From positions 2,912,001-2,976,000 of the forward strand of contig OZ243916.1 in NCBI GenBank assembly GCA_965213675.1: 64,000 nt of DNA, read 5' to 3'. The first letter of the stretch is position 1, and each line of letters opens with the position of its first letter. Under the pieces are notes generated by a model. The model did not search any database. It was not told the origin of the DNA and worked only from the letters and a program-made list of their open reading frames with translations. A program made the position numbers and the translations under genes. This stretch comes from an uncultured Candidatus Binatia bacterium. GTDB lineage: Bacteria > Desulfobacterota > Binatia > UBA9968 > JAJDTQ01. Of this stretch, positions 55,364 to 64,000 are shown piece by piece.

Positions 55364-57274
55364 ATGCCCCTCGTAAACTTCGAAGACATCTCGCTGGAAC
55401 TGGGCGACCAGCGGTTGCTGGCCCACGCCGAGTTCGCCATCGAGCCGGGGGAGCGGGTCTGCCTCATCGGCCGCAACGGCGCGGGCAAGACCTCCCTGCT
55501 GCGGCTCATTACCGGGAGGCTCGAACCCGACCACGGCGAGATCCACTACCAGAGCCGCATCCGCGTGAGCGAGCTGGAGCAGGCGCTGCCCGAGGAACTC
55601 GGGCAGACGGTGCGGGAATACGTCACCACCGGGCTGGCGGACCTGCAGGGGCTCATCGATCTCTACCAGCAGCGTTCCCGGGAGACCCTGGACCGCAAGG
55701 GATTGCTGGAGCTGGAGGCGCTGCACCGGGAGATTGACGCCCACGGCGGCTGGAACGTGGACCAGCGCGTGGACACGGTGCTGAGCGAGCTGGACCTGCC
55801 GGCGGAGCGGCGGCTGGGGGAATTGTCCGGCGGCTGGCAGCGGCGCGTGGGGCTGGCCCGGGCCATGGTCGGCAACGCTGAATTGCTGCTCCTCGACGAG
55901 CCCACGAACCACCTCGACCTGAGCACCATCCAGTGGCTCGAGGACCGAATCTACCACTACGCCGGCAGCGTCCTGTTCATCACCCACGACCGCGCCTTCC
56001 TGCGTCGCCTGGCCACCCGCATCGTGGAGCTGGACCGCACCCGGCTCACGAGCTGGCCCGGCACCTACGACCACTTCCTCCGGCTCAAGGAGGAAAGCCT
56101 GGCGGAGGAGTCCCGTCACGATGCCTTGTTCGACAAGCGGCTGGCCCAGGAGGAGGCGTGGATACGCCGGGGAATCAAGGCGCGGCGCACGCGCAACGAG
56201 GGACGGGTGCGCGCGCTCATGGCCATGCGCGAGGAGGCGGCCCAGCGCCTCAAGCCCCAGAGTCACGCCCGCATCCATGTGCAGCAGGGGGGCCAGTCGG
56301 GCCGCAAGGTTGTGGAGTTGCGCAACGTCACCCACGGCTACGGCGGCGAACCCGTGATACGGAATTTCTCGCTGCGCCTCATGCGCGGCGACCGCATCGG
56401 CCTCATCGGCAACAACGGCGTGGGCAAGAGCACGCTCCTGCGCATCCTCGTGGGTGAGATCAAGCCCGACTCCGGCACCGTGGAGATGGGCGCTAACCTG
56501 GAGTTCGGCTATTTCGATCAAATGCGGCGCCAACTGGACCCGGACAAGACCGTGGCGGACACCGTGGCGGACGGCCGCGACCACGTCTTCGTCAACGGCA
56601 AACCGCGCCACGTAGTGGGCTATCTCAAGGGTTTCCTGTTCAGTCCCAAGCGCGCCTTGAGCCCGGTGGGCGCGCTCTCCGGCGGCGAGTGCAACCGCGT
56701 CATCCTGGCGCGCCTGCTCACGCAGCCCGCCAACCTCCTGGTGCTGGACGAACCCACCAACGACCTCGACATCGAGACCCTCGAAGTGTTGGAGCATCAA
56801 CTCGTGCGCTACCGTGGGACGCTGCTGGTGGTGAGCCACGACCGGAGCTTCCTGGACAACTGCGTCACCAGCACTCTGGTGTTCGAGGACACGGGCGCGA
56901 TCCAGCGCCACGCCGGCGGCTACACCGACTGGCTGCGCCGCGGCAAGGCCCTGGCCGTTACCGACGATCCCAACCGCGGGAGTTCCCGGGAGCCGGCGCG
57001 GGACCGGCGGGAGACCCGGTCCCGCCCCACCAAGCTCAGCTACAAGCTGCAACGGGAGCTGGACGGGCTGCCGGGCCGGATCGAAGTCGTGGAACAGGCC
57101 GTGGCCGCGCTGGAAGAGAAGACCCGGCAGCCCGACTTCTACGCTCAGCCCTTCGCCGACGTGCAGCCGGTCCTGGACGAATTGAAGACGGCCAAGGCGG
57201 CTCTGGACGAAGCCCTGGAGCGCTGGACCGAGCTGGAGACGCTGAAGGAGGAGGCGGAGGGGCGCTCGCGGTGA
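55364..57274 (+). CDS. uup: ABC-F family ATPase Uup
   Basis: Two NBDs and no TMDs; EEAWIRRGIKARRTRNEGRVRAL; C-terminal KLSYKLQREL...ERWTELE. Confidence 0.93.
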   Translation: MPLVNFEDISLELGDQRLLAHAEFAIEPGERVCLIGRNGAGKTSLLRLITGRLEPDHGEIHYQSRIRVSELEQALPEELGQTVREYVTTGLADLQGLIDLYQQRSRETLDRKGLLELEALHREIDAHGGWNVDQRVDTVLSELDLPAERRLGELSGGWQRRVGLARAMVGNAELLLLDEPTNHLDLSTIQWLEDRIYHYAGSVLFITHDRAFLRRLATRIVELDRTRLTSWPGTYDHFLRLKEESLAEESRHDALFDKRLAQEEAWIRRGIKARRTRNEGRVRALMAMREEAAQRLKPQSHARIHVQQGGQSGRKVVELRNVTHGYGGEPVIRNFSLRLMRGDRIGLIGNNGVGKSTLLRILVGEIKPDSGTVEMGANLEFGYFDQMRRQLDPDKTVADTVADGRDHVFVNGKPRHVVGYLKGFLFSPKRALSPVGALSGGECNRVILARLLTQPANLLVLDEPTNDLDIETLEVLEHQLVRYRGTLLVVSHDRSFLDNCVTSTLVFEDTGAIQRHAGGYTDWLRRGKALAVTDDPNRGSSREPARDRRETRSRPTKLSYKLQRELDGLPGRIEVVEQAVAALEEKTRQPDFYAQPFADVQPVLDELKTAKAALDEALERWTELETLKEEAEGRSR

Positions 57275-57386
57275 GACGGGCGTGAATTCTTCCAGATTCA
57301 GGTAGTTCGTCAGGGGTACGGTACATTCAGGGCCCTACATTGCCTGCCCCTGGAACTTCCGATAAGAAGGTGTGCGGAGACAACCC

Positions 57387-59684
57387 ATGAGAAAACAACG
57401 ATTGTCAGTGGCCGGGCACAGCTCCATGCGCGTGGACGCGATGGAGAAGGTGTCGGGGACGGCGTTCTACACCGGCGACATGGAGCTTCCGGGGATGGCC
57501 CATGCCAGGATCCTGCGGAGTCCCGTGCCCCACGCGCGCCTGCTCAAGGTGGACGCCGCCAAGGCAAGGGCGCTGCCCGGGGTCATCGACGTGCTCACCC
57601 GGGACGAGCTGGCCGGCCTCAACTACATGTACGGCGCCACCTACAAGGACCAGGCGGTGGTGGCGGTGGACAAGGTGCGCTACGTGGGCGACCCGGTGGC
57701 GGCGGTGCTGTCCGCGGACGAACTGGTGGCGGAGGAGGCGCTGGCGCTCATCGACGTGGAGTACGAGGAACTGCCGTTCGTGGACAACGTGGATGACGCG
57801 TTGGCGCCGGGCGCGCCACTGGTGCACGAAGGAGACGTGGCCAGGGCCGAGCTTCGGGGCTCCACCTACGGCGCGCCGGAACGGTTCAAGGGCACCAACG
57901 TCTGTTATTACTTCGGCTACTCCCGGGGCAATGTGGATCAGGGCTTTGACAAGTCCGACCACGTGTTCGAGGACGTCTTCCGCTTCTCCAAGGTGCAGCA
58001 TTACTCGCTGGAACCGCACATCTGCGTCGCCCACCATGACGGCGAGCGCCTGACGGTGTGGAGTTCGTGCCAGGACCCGTTTACCCTCCGGGGGCACTTG
58101 GCCGGGATCTTCAAGCTGCCGCTCAACCGGGTGCGGGTGGTGGTGCCCTACGTCGGCGGCGGCTACGGCGGCAAACTCTACGTCAAGGCCGACCCCATCG
58201 CCGCGGCGCTGTCGGTGCGCAACCGCCGTCCGGTCAAGCTGGCCATGAGCGCCAATGACAGCTTCAAGACGGTGACGCGCCATCCCGCGCGCATCCGTAT
58301 CAAGACCGGGGTCACGAAGAAGGGCTTGATGGTGGCGCGGGAGCTGGAAATCTATATGGACACCGGCGCCTACGCCGACGCCGGACCGCGGGTGACCCAG
58401 AAGGCGGGCTATCGAGCGGTGGGTCCCTACCGCGTGGCCAACGTCAAGATCGACGCCCACGGCGTCTACAGCAACACGGTGCCGGCGGGCGCGTTCCGCG
58501 GCTTCGGCGCGGTGCAGGTGGCTTGGGCCTACGAGTCCCAGATGGACATGATCGCCAGGCGTCTGGGCATGGACCCGCTGGACTTCCGCCTCAAGAACCT
58601 GCTGGACAAGGGCGAGCCGTACACCCCCGGCGACACCCCGGTGGACTGCGACCTCAAGCAGGGGCTGCGCAAGGTGGCGCGGACGCTGGACTGGAAGAAG
58701 CCGACGCCGCCCAACGTGGGCCGGGGTGTGAGCGTTTGTCTGAAGGACGCCGGCGGCACCTACAAGGTGGCCGGGGCCACGGTCAAGATGTCGTCGGACG
58801 GTAGCGCCGTGTTGCTTACGGGCACCGTGGAGGTGGGACAGGGCAGCCGCACGGCGCTGAGCCAGGTGGTGGCGGAGGAGTTGGGCATCAAGCTGGAGCA
58901 GGTGTCCGTGGCCCAGTTGGACACGGACGTGACGCCCTTCGACGTGTCCACCAGCGCCAGCAGCTCCATGACCGTCATGGGCCTCGCCACCCAGCGGGCC
59001 GCCCAGGACGTGAAGAAGCAGTTGCTCAAGGCCGCGGCCAAAGTCATGGGAGAGAAGGCCGCCGACCTGAAGCTCAAGGGCGGCCGGGTGCGCGGCGCCA
59101 AGGGGCGCGGGACGCCCTACAGCGAGGTCATTGCCGGCTACTACGGCAGCTCCGCCACCGAGATCGTCGGCCGCGGCGGCTACCAGGACAGGAAGAGCAA
59201 GACCGCGGTGCTGGGTTCCCCCACCACCTTCTGGGAGGTGGGCTGGGGCGGCGTGGAGCTGGAGGTGGACCCGGAAACCGGGGTCATCCGCATCCTCAAG
59301 TTCGTGTCCATGGCGGATGTGGGCCGGGCCATCAACCCCCTGCAGTGCCAAGGCCAGGACGAGGGCGGCGTTCTCTTTGGCATCGGGCACACCATCCTGG
59401 AAGACATGGTGTACGAGAACGGCCAGCCCTTGAACCCCAACCTCATCGATTACCGTGTCCCCAACTTCCACGACCTGCCGGAGAATTTCATCTCGGAGCT
59501 GATGGAAAGCGGCAATGGCCCCGGCCCCTTCGGGGCCAAGGGCATGGGCGAGGGCGGAGTGTTGCCGGCCGCATCCGCCATTGCCGCGGCCGTGGAAGAC
59601 GCCGTGGGCGTACGCATCTGCGACCTGCCACTGTCGCCCCCCAAGGTGTGGCAGCGGCTGCAGGAGAGGGAGAGCGGGGGCTAG
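57387..59684 (+). CDS. Xanthine dehydrogenase family molybdopterin-binding subunit
   Basis: LRSPVPHA, KVRYVGDPVAAV, VGGGYGGK, AFRGFG, EVGQG, DVGRAINP, GPFGAKGMGE. Confidence 0.93.
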   Translation: MRKQRLSVAGHSSMRVDAMEKVSGTAFYTGDMELPGMAHARILRSPVPHARLLKVDAAKARALPGVIDVLTRDELAGLNYMYGATYKDQAVVAVDKVRYVGDPVAAVLSADELVAEEALALIDVEYEELPFVDNVDDALAPGAPLVHEGDVARAELRGSTYGAPERFKGTNVCYYFGYSRGNVDQGFDKSDHVFEDVFRFSKVQHYSLEPHICVAHHDGERLTVWSSCQDPFTLRGHLAGIFKLPLNRVRVVVPYVGGGYGGKLYVKADPIAAALSVRNRRPVKLAMSANDSFKTVTRHPARIRIKTGVTKKGLMVARELEIYMDTGAYADAGPRVTQKAGYRAVGPYRVANVKIDAHGVYSNTVPAGAFRGFGAVQVAWAYESQMDMIARRLGMDPLDFRLKNLLDKGEPYTPGDTPVDCDLKQGLRKVARTLDWKKPTPPNVGRGVSVCLKDAGGTYKVAGATVKMSSDGSAVLLTGTVEVGQGSRTALSQVVAEELGIKLEQVSVAQLDTDVTPFDVSTSASSSMTVMGLATQRAAQDVKKQLLKAAAKVMGEKAADLKLKGGRVRGAKGRGTPYSEVIAGYYGSSATEIVGRGGYQDRKSKTAVLGSPTTFWEVGWGGVELEVDPETGVIRILKFVSMADVGRAINPLQCQGQDEGGVLFGIGHTILEDMVYENGQPLNPNLIDYRVPNFHDLPENFISELMESGNGPGPFGAKGMGEGGVLPAASAIAAAVEDAVGVRICDLPLSPPKVWQRLQERESGG

Positions 59685-59844
59685 TGTCGCGTCCCGTAAA
59701 TTCCTGGGATAATTTGCGGGTCTGTTTCGCCGTCGGCTGCGTGGCTCTTCCTCGCGTGGTGCCCGCCACTGCTCGTCATCGCGCCTTGCCGACAAAAAAG
59801 ATCCTGCGCAACTTGTCGCAGGAATTTACGGGACACGATACCAG
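59681..59844. mobile_element. Family C MITE
   Basis: CTAGTGTCGCGTCCCGTAAATTCCTG ... CAGGAATTTACGGGACACGATACCAG; core shared with the 44851 element. Confidence 0.85.
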
Positions 59845-59961
59845 GAGCCCGTCGCCGCAAGAGATTGGTTGAATCGTCATGCCCTGTTGACTCCGTCATT
59901 CCCGTTTTCCAGGCTGTGTTGAAACTTCACCCGAACAGGAAATGGCACGGTCCTCCCATAC

Positions 59962-60052
59962 CGTCATTCCCGCGGAAGCGGGAATCCAGGAGGGGTGAGG
60001 CGGGGCAAAACGTGCCCCTCCCCACCCCTGATTCCCGCTCTGCGGGATGACG
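59962..60052. repeat. Family A REP-like element
   Basis: CGTCATTCCCGCGGAAGCGGGAATCCAGG ... GATTCCCGCTCTGCGGGATGACG. Confidence 0.8.
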
Positions 60053-60132
60053 GTAATGGGGGCGTCGTTGCCCCGGGAGTTTGGAAACAGCCTGTCCCAC
60101 GGTAATGGCGCTGCGGGGCCAAGGAGCCCATC

Positions 60133-61137
60133 ATGTCAGACCCCACCCGTTTTCGAGCCATGGTCGTCAGCGAGAGGGAGGACAAGACTTTCTCCCGCGT
60201 CATCACGGAGAAGTCGGCGGACGACCTGCCGGAAGGCGATCTGCTGGTGTCGGTGGCTTATTCCTCTCTCAACTACAAGGACGCGCTGTCGGCCTCCGGC
60301 AACAAGGGCGTCACCCGCAACTTTCCCCACACCCCCGGCATCGACGCGGCGGGCACGGTGGTGGAGAGCAGCGTGGGCGATTTCGCCGCAGGCGATGAGG
60401 TGGTGCTCACCGGCTTCGACCTGGGGGCCAACACGGACGGCGGCTTCGCCGAATACGCGCGGGTGCCGGCCGCCTGGGCGGTAAAGCGTCCGGACGGCTT
60501 GAGCCTCAAGGAAAGCATGGTGTACGGCACCGCCGGCTTCACCGCGGCGCTGTCGGTGCTGCGCCTCCTGGAGGGCGGAGTCACCCCGGAGTCGGGCGAC
60601 GTGCTGGTGACCGGCGCCACCGGCGGCGTTGGCTGCCTGGCCGTGGCCATACTGGCCCAGGCCGGCTACCGGGTAGTGGCGTCCACCGGCAAGGAGGCGG
60701 AGAAGGACTTTCTCACGGGTCTGGGCGCGGCCGACGTCATCTCGCGGGAGGACGCGGACGATCAGTCCGGCCGCCCCTTGCTTCGGGGTCTTTGGGCGGG
60801 TGTCGTGGATACCGTCGGCGGCAACATCCTCGCCACCGCCATCAAGGCCTCCAAGTACGGCGGGGTGGTGACGTGCTGCGGCAACGTGGCCTCGGTGGAG
60901 TTGAACACCACGGTGTTCCCGTTCATTCTGCGGGACGTGCGCCTCATCGGCGTGGCCACGCCGGACTGCCCCGCGGACATCCGCGCCACCCTGTGGCAGA
61001 AGATGGCCGGCGAGTGGAAGTTGCCCAACCTGGACGCGGTCACCATCGACTGCTCGCTGGACGAGTTGGACACCCACATCGAGAGCATACTCAAGGGCGG
61101 GGTGCGCGGCCGCGTGGTGGTGGACCTTTCGCGCTGA
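60133..61137 (+). CDS. acuI: YhdH/AcuI family acrylyl-CoA reductase-like oxidoreductase (MDR)
   Basis: YSSLNYKDAL, PGIDAAG, GTAGFTAAL, VTGATGGVG, VDTVGG, TVFPFILR. Confidence 0.88.
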   Translation: MSDPTRFRAMVVSEREDKTFSRVITEKSADDLPEGDLLVSVAYSSLNYKDALSASGNKGVTRNFPHTPGIDAAGTVVESSVGDFAAGDEVVLTGFDLGANTDGGFAEYARVPAAWAVKRPDGLSLKESMVYGTAGFTAALSVLRLLEGGVTPESGDVLVTGATGGVGCLAVAILAQAGYRVVASTGKEAEKDFLTGLGAADVISREDADDQSGRPLLRGLWAGVVDTVGGNILATAIKASKYGGVVTCCGNVASVELNTTVFPFILRDVRLIGVATPDCPADIRATLWQKMAGEWKLPNLDAVTIDCSLDELDTHIESILKGGVRGRVVVDLSR

Positions 61138-61159
61138 CGGACACTCCGACTATCTCGGC

Positions 61160-61285
61160 AACGTGCAGACGCCGTTCGACGAGGACGACGTGCGGCGGGC
61201 GGTGGCAAGCCTCAAGGAGAAGGAAGTCGAGGCGGTGGCCGTCAACTTCCTCTTCAGCTTCCGGAACTCCGATCACGAGGAGTGC
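61160..61285 (+). pseudogene. Hydantoinase/oxoprolinase A fragment
   Basis: QTPFDEDDVRRAVASLKEKEVEAVAVNFLFSFRNSDHEE matches the family motif V(E/D)AVAVxFLxSxxNPxHE. Confidence 0.7.
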
Positions 61286-61295
61286 GGTGGCGAAC

Positions 61296-63485
61296 TCAGG
61301 GGTTGTGTACGATGTCGAGGGCGGCGTCGTCGAGGCCCAGCGATCCGAGCACCGGACCGAAGTACCCCGCGAACGTGCCCGTCACGGAACCGTCCACGAT
61401 CACAGGCTGATCGTCGCCGCAACGGACCACAAGGGCATCCGCCAAGGGGCGGGACAAACGGCTGAAACGAACCTCGTCCTTCGGGCAGATTCTCGGCGCG
61501 CCGTCGTCGAGTGTGAGATCCTCCTTCGGAACGTCCCCCACAACCACGCGGTCGGCAAACAGGAGCACCCAGCGCGCCCGAGCGTTGCCCGACGACGCCT
61601 CGAACACCGCGACAGCCGGCTTCTGAACGTCTGGAGCAACGACGCGGTCTGCCGGCGCACGACCTGCCTGCGCGCCGACCTGACGCAGGATCGCCGGAGC
61701 CGACACTGGCGGAACGGTTGAAAGCGTACCGTACTCCAGGCGGGCACGCAGGCGCGACTCCACCGCCTTCAGATATCGTGACCAGAGCGCAGCGATCTGC
61801 TTGCGCTCCGGGAGCAATACCGAAGCGTTGAACAGCATCATTTGGTCGTGCTCCACTGGCCAGTCCGCCGGTGCGTGGGTCGCCAGCAGATCGACGAAGG
61901 ATGAGAGCAGTGGTTCGGCCAAGGGGTCTCCCACCAGATCGCCTGGGGGCTCGATCCAATGCGGCTCACCGTCGGCAACGCTGTCAGCATTGAGGTCGCC
62001 ATGGTCGAAGGCGACGGACATCGCCTTGTCCAACAGCACGCGGTGCATGCCGGCATCGCCAATGCGCTCACGCGCCACCACGGCGAACGCGCTGTTTGCG
62101 ATCACCTGCCGCGCCTCCCCGATGTCGAGGCGGCACCAGTCGCAGGCGAGTATCGCGAGCTGAACGAATCCCTCCTCGATGCGTATCTCCTCGCGGCTGC
62201 CGGCGCCGATCAGATCGACCTGCAGGCCCATGGACAGCCGCTTCTCCAACTCCTCTATCGCCTTGCTGGGCTCCGGCTCGTTCAAACCGCGCATGTCCCG
62301 CAGGACCGCGCCGAGAGACTCGGCAATGGCGTGGCGTTGCGCGGGGCGCAAAGACGCGAAGTCGGTGGGCGGCGTCAGGGTGGAATCCAGTTCCGCGTCG
62401 TCCGCCAGCGCGCGCAGCAGCGCCAGCTTGGCGAATTCGTCCGGAATCTGCGCGCGCAGAATGCGGTCCAACAGGAGCTTGCGGTTGTGGTCGATGCCCG
62501 GAATCAGCGTGTGAATGCGAAGCGCCTCGACGAGCCCCAGCCAGTCCGCGCTCCGATACGTGTGTCGCGGATCGTAAGTGCGCGCCACCTGCAGATAGAC
62601 CAGCGCGACGGAACCCTCCAGCAGTTCCTTGAGCCAGCCCTCGCCGTATGTCTTGAGAACGTGGGTGCCGACTCGTGTCATCGCTTCCCCGGCGAGGGTC
62701 GTTGCCACAAGCGTCACCGGATTCATGCCGAGAGCAATGCGCCAGGCCATCGCCGCACCGCGCAGGTAATGCTTCCAGGGGGTGTACATCCCGTAAAGGT
62801 GGCGAACCTTCTGCACCCGTTCGAGCCACACCATGACTTCCCTCACGGTCCAGCCGGGGACGTCGACCACCGGCGCCTGCCGCGCCACTTGCAGGAGTTC
62901 GCTGATGGCGGACCGGGCGGCGAGGGCGATGTCGCCGATGCGCGCATCGAGTTCCGCCCGCTCGGCATCCTTCCCGTACAGCCGGGCGACTTCCTTTACG
63001 ACGTCGCGGATCTCCTCGAACACGGCGCTGGCGTTGACCCCGGCGATCTCCCCGTGTTCCTGCTTTACGTAGCGCCGGTCGCGGATGCCATCCCAGACAC
63101 GGTCGCAGCGGGTCTGGATCATCTTGCCGAGCCGTGCGTCCAGTTCCGGCGGCGCCTCATCCGTTTCCGGGCCGTGAGACCCCTGGAGCTTACGCCAGGC
63201 CTGCTCCGCCGGCGACATGCCCTCGGCCGCCCAGCGCGTCTGAACCTCTTTCAGATCCTGCTCGCGCAGTTCGTTGATGTGCTGCCCCACCTCTGCGGCG
63301 ATCCTTCGGTCCGCGGCAGCGGATCGCGTGAGGCCCGCCGCGAAGCCGAACGCGCCGGCGCCGAAGAGGCACACCGCCGCCCCGACTTCCACCGAGACCA
63401 GGATGAAGAGAGCAATTCCGGAGATCGTGACGCCGCATCCGGCCAGGAGCCAGCCCACGGACGCGTTCATTCGGAACAATCGCAT
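61296..63485 (-). CDS. Hypothetical protein (~729 aa) with two N-terminal TM helices
   Basis: Long ORF; ATG 63485 preceded by AAGGAGG; no family recognised. Confidence 0.75.
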   Translation of the reverse strand: MRLFRMNASVGWLLAGCGVTISGIALFILVSVEVGAAVCLFGAGAFGFAAGLTRSAAADRRIAAEVGQHINELREQDLKEVQTRWAAEGMSPAEQAWRKLQGSHGPETDEAPPELDARLGKMIQTRCDRVWDGIRDRRYVKQEHGEIAGVNASAVFEEIRDVVKEVARLYGKDAERAELDARIGDIALAARSAISELLQVARQAPVVDVPGWTVREVMVWLERVQKVRHLYGMYTPWKHYLRGAAMAWRIALGMNPVTLVATTLAGEAMTRVGTHVLKTYGEGWLKELLEGSVALVYLQVARTYDPRHTYRSADWLGLVEALRIHTLIPGIDHNRKLLLDRILRAQIPDEFAKLALLRALADDAELDSTLTPPTDFASLRPAQRHAIAESLGAVLRDMRGLNEPEPSKAIEELEKRLSMGLQVDLIGAGSREEIRIEEGFVQLAILACDWCRLDIGEARQVIANSAFAVVARERIGDAGMHRVLLDKAMSVAFDHGDLNADSVADGEPHWIEPPGDLVGDPLAEPLLSSFVDLLATHAPADWPVEHDQMMLFNASVLLPERKQIAALWSRYLKAVESRLRARLEYGTLSTVPPVSAPAILRQVGAQAGRAPADRVVAPDVQKPAVAVFEASSGNARARWVLLFADRVVVGDVPKEDLTLDDGAPRICPKDEVRFSRLSRPLADALVVRCGDDQPVIVDGSVTGTFAGYFGPVLGSLGLDDAALDIVHNP

Positions 63486-63802
63486 GCCATCCTCCTTCGG
63501 GGAGTGGTGTGCCGCCGGCTGGAGCCGTAGCGCAGGGCCCGGCAGCCCCATCCCTGGCGGTCGGCTCCGGCCGCGGGTCGAATTGGCACTTGAGTGAATC
63601 GTGGGATGTTCTTCCCCTTCCATGCGTTGTAGGCCAAAATGGACTCGGCTCCAACAATCCAGTGTTGGCGCGCGCCACGGGGACATTGCCGGCGGAGACA
63701 CACCCCACAACTCCAGGGCGCCTTGCGACGTATGTGGCCGGCGCAGTAGCTTGTCGGGAAGGAGTTCCAGGCCATCGAGTTCAACGTGTCGCCCGGACGC
63801 GT

Positions 63803-63942
63803 GATGAGCCCGGAGTTTCCGGCGACCGTCAACCACCATTCCCCAACCCCGCACTTGGTCTACAACTGCGTCCTCGCCGCCATCGGGAAGTTCAACCCGA
63901 ACCGGGCGGTGGCCCCGTCCGGCTTCGGCATCGGCGCCCTTG
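63803..63942 (+). pseudogene. Hydantoinase/oxoprolinase B fragment
   Basis: SPEFPATVNHHSPTPHLVYNCVLAAIGKFNPNRAVAPSGFGIGAL resembles the PxxPA(P/A)V...ALxxxxPxRxxA segment of hydantoinase B. Confidence 0.5.
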
Positions 63943-63968
63943 ACCTTCTCCTGCAGGGGTCCTAAACT
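63940..63968 (+). promoter_or_regulatory. Putative sigma70 promoter for a gene beyond the window
   Basis: TTGACC - 17 bp - TAAACT. Confidence 0.4.
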
Positions 63969-64000
63969 AGCGACAATACCCCTTGCGGTTTCGACCGCAG

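Noticed and set aside
57387-59684. Mo-binding subunit lacking adjacent FAD and Fe-S subunit genes as a novelty
   Set aside because: Dispersed xanthine dehydrogenase-family subunits are common; partners may lie elsewhere in the genome.

Overview
High-GC bacterial window; its repeat families and LRR/Calx-beta adhesin suggest a sponge-associated deltaproteobacterial-type symbiont (inference). The left ~36 kb is a dense metal-homeostasis region. It holds two SCO proteins, a CtaG/Cox11 fusion, three cluster A-I (Zn/Mn) ABC importers, a fused heterodimeric ABC transporter, a FutA-like Fe3+-binding protein, bacterioferritin and a DtxR-family regulator. It also holds a His-rich RAPP-motif leader ORF and an unusual operon in which a Cys-motif metal permease is fused to an SPFH/HflK domain and followed by hflC- and hflK-like genes, with no ftsH in the window. 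A decayed mobile region (autotransporter pseudogene, IS1182, MobF relaxase and serine recombinase remnants, VapBC) and an IetAS-like AAA ATPase + S8 protease module follow. The right half is mostly catabolic and housekeeping genes plus a RES-Xre TA pair. Beside msrA is a probable UGA-recoded selenoprotein thioredoxin (U-x-x-C with a SECIS-like hairpin), split into two ORFs in the ORF track. Three families of short interspersed palindromic/MITE repeats are abundant. No rRNA, tRNA or CRISPR array was recognised. All calls come from reading motifs by eye; no searches were run.
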